Below, in pieces: positions 63,161 to 64,000 of a DNA stretch of 64,000 nucleotides (the stretch's first letter is position 1; every line of letters begins with the position of its first letter). This DNA is from Candidatus Omnitrophota bacterium. Lineage in GTDB: Bacteria; Omnitrophota; Omnitrophia; Omnitrophales; Aquincolibacteriaceae. The notes beneath the pieces are model-generated. The model worked only from the letters and a program-made list of their open reading frames with translations, was not told the DNA's origin and made no database searches. The stretch spans positions 7,515 to 71,514 of the forward strand of contig JAHFHG010000005.1 of NCBI GenBank assembly GCA_023247035.1. The letters run 5' to 3'. The position numbers were made by a program, and so were the translations under genes.

Positions 63161-64000
63161 ATGCCGCAACAGCGAGACAGAGGGATTCCGCCCTTACCTC
63201 TTGAGGATGCCTTGCGAATAGGAACCTACCTTCGAATTCTCTCCTTTTTTTTATTTCTGATTTTTTTATGCGGCACTTTTAATCCTCCCGCCTTTTGCCT
63301 TCCTTCCACAGATCCGGCCGCAGAAGTTTATCAAACTGTTTCAGGTGAAAAATCCCTGGCAACGTCGCCTCATTTTGTGGTTGTAGATGATTTCAACACC
63401 GGTCAGTTGAACACCCAGAACGGCGCAGTTTGGCGCACCAAAGCCCCCGGAATGGGCGCGCTGGATCTTAGTTTGGAGAAGGAAGACTCACGCCGGCCCC
63501 GCGGTTATTCCTTGAACGCAAATTTTAATTTGCTGGCCGGCGAGACGGCCTCCTTGCAAGGTTTTTTAAAGCGTCTGGACGTCAGTCAAGCAGAGTCCTT
63601 GGTCTTTCAAGTCCGGTTAAATCTCAAAGAACCTCGAGGCTCTTCTGCGGGCGTCAAATTGAAAGTGGCGCTTGAGGATTTCAGGCGCCGAGAAAAAGTT
63701 CGCGAGGTTGTTTTGCCTCCTTCGCGCCTTTGGAAGGCCTGCGAAATCCCGCTGTCTTTTTTTGAAGGAGTTGATTTGAACCAGCTTTTTCTCCTGCGGT
63801 TTACGCTGGTAGCCGGAGAAAATAAAACGACAGGCTTTCTGGGGATCGATGAAATCGCCTTCTTCGGATCGAAGGACGTAGCTTTTGAAAGCCGCCGCGA
63901 CAACCTTGCCGGATTTCCTCAAAAAGTTTGTGATTCGAAAAGGCGCGAAAAAATAAGACGGAAAAAAAAGGACGGGGATCTCCTCAAAGAGATCGCGCGC
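63161..64000 (+). CDS. Partial exported protein with CBM11/CIA30-like carbohydrate-binding domain (runs off window; not in ORF track)
   Basis: Manual translation, 280 codons without stop: hydrophobic leader, VVVDDFNTG, LDVSQAESLVF, WKACEIPLSFF..VDLNQL, FLGIDEIAF. Confidence 0.7.
   Translation, partial: MPQQRDRGIPPLPLEDALRIGTYLRILSFFLFLIFLCGTFNPPAFCLPSTDPAAEVYQTVSGEKSLATSPHFVVVDDFNTGQLNTQNGAVWRTKAPGMGALDLSLEKEDSRRPRGYSLNANFNLLAGETASLQGFLKRLDVSQAESLVFQVRLNLKEPRGSSAGVKLKVALEDFRRREKVREVVLPPSRLWKACEIPLSFFEGVDLNQLFLLRFTLVAGENKTTGFLGIDEIAFFGSKDVAFESRRDNLAGFPQKVCDSKRREKIRRKKKDGDLLKEIAR

Overview
Bacterial chromosome window spanning the replication origin. Nearly all genes left of ~52.5 kb are on the minus strand and all genes to the right are on the plus strand. 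The origin cluster reads serS-gyrA-gyrB-dciA-dnaN-[oriC]-dnaA <> rpmH-rnpA-yidD-yidC-mnmG-[2 parS]-parA-parB. The rest holds housekeeping genes (polA, coaE, rho, rpmE, prfA, prmC, murA, rpsP, trmD, rplS, rnhB, yraN, accA, comM, pilT, mnmA), two tRNA-Ser genes, cysDN, a biotin cluster, a cysM pseudogene and the start of a GH94 sugar locus. The organism is a diderm (Omp85, LmtA-like gene); PVC/Omnitrophota is my impression only. Top candidates for undescribed biology: (1) a three-gene module of an NTT/TLC nucleotide translocase-HEAT fusion, a POTRA-less Omp85 barrel and a signal-peptide-bearing atypical kinase-like protein; (2) an intact but cofactor-stripped Rnf-like operon with a tandem DsbA inserted; (3) a FabF-like synthase coupled to bioF with a Lys in the acyl pocket, a possible new pimelate route; (4) tiny CCTGC...GCAGG hairpins nested inside other intergenic palindromes. 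All family assignments come from motif recognition by eye; no searches were run.
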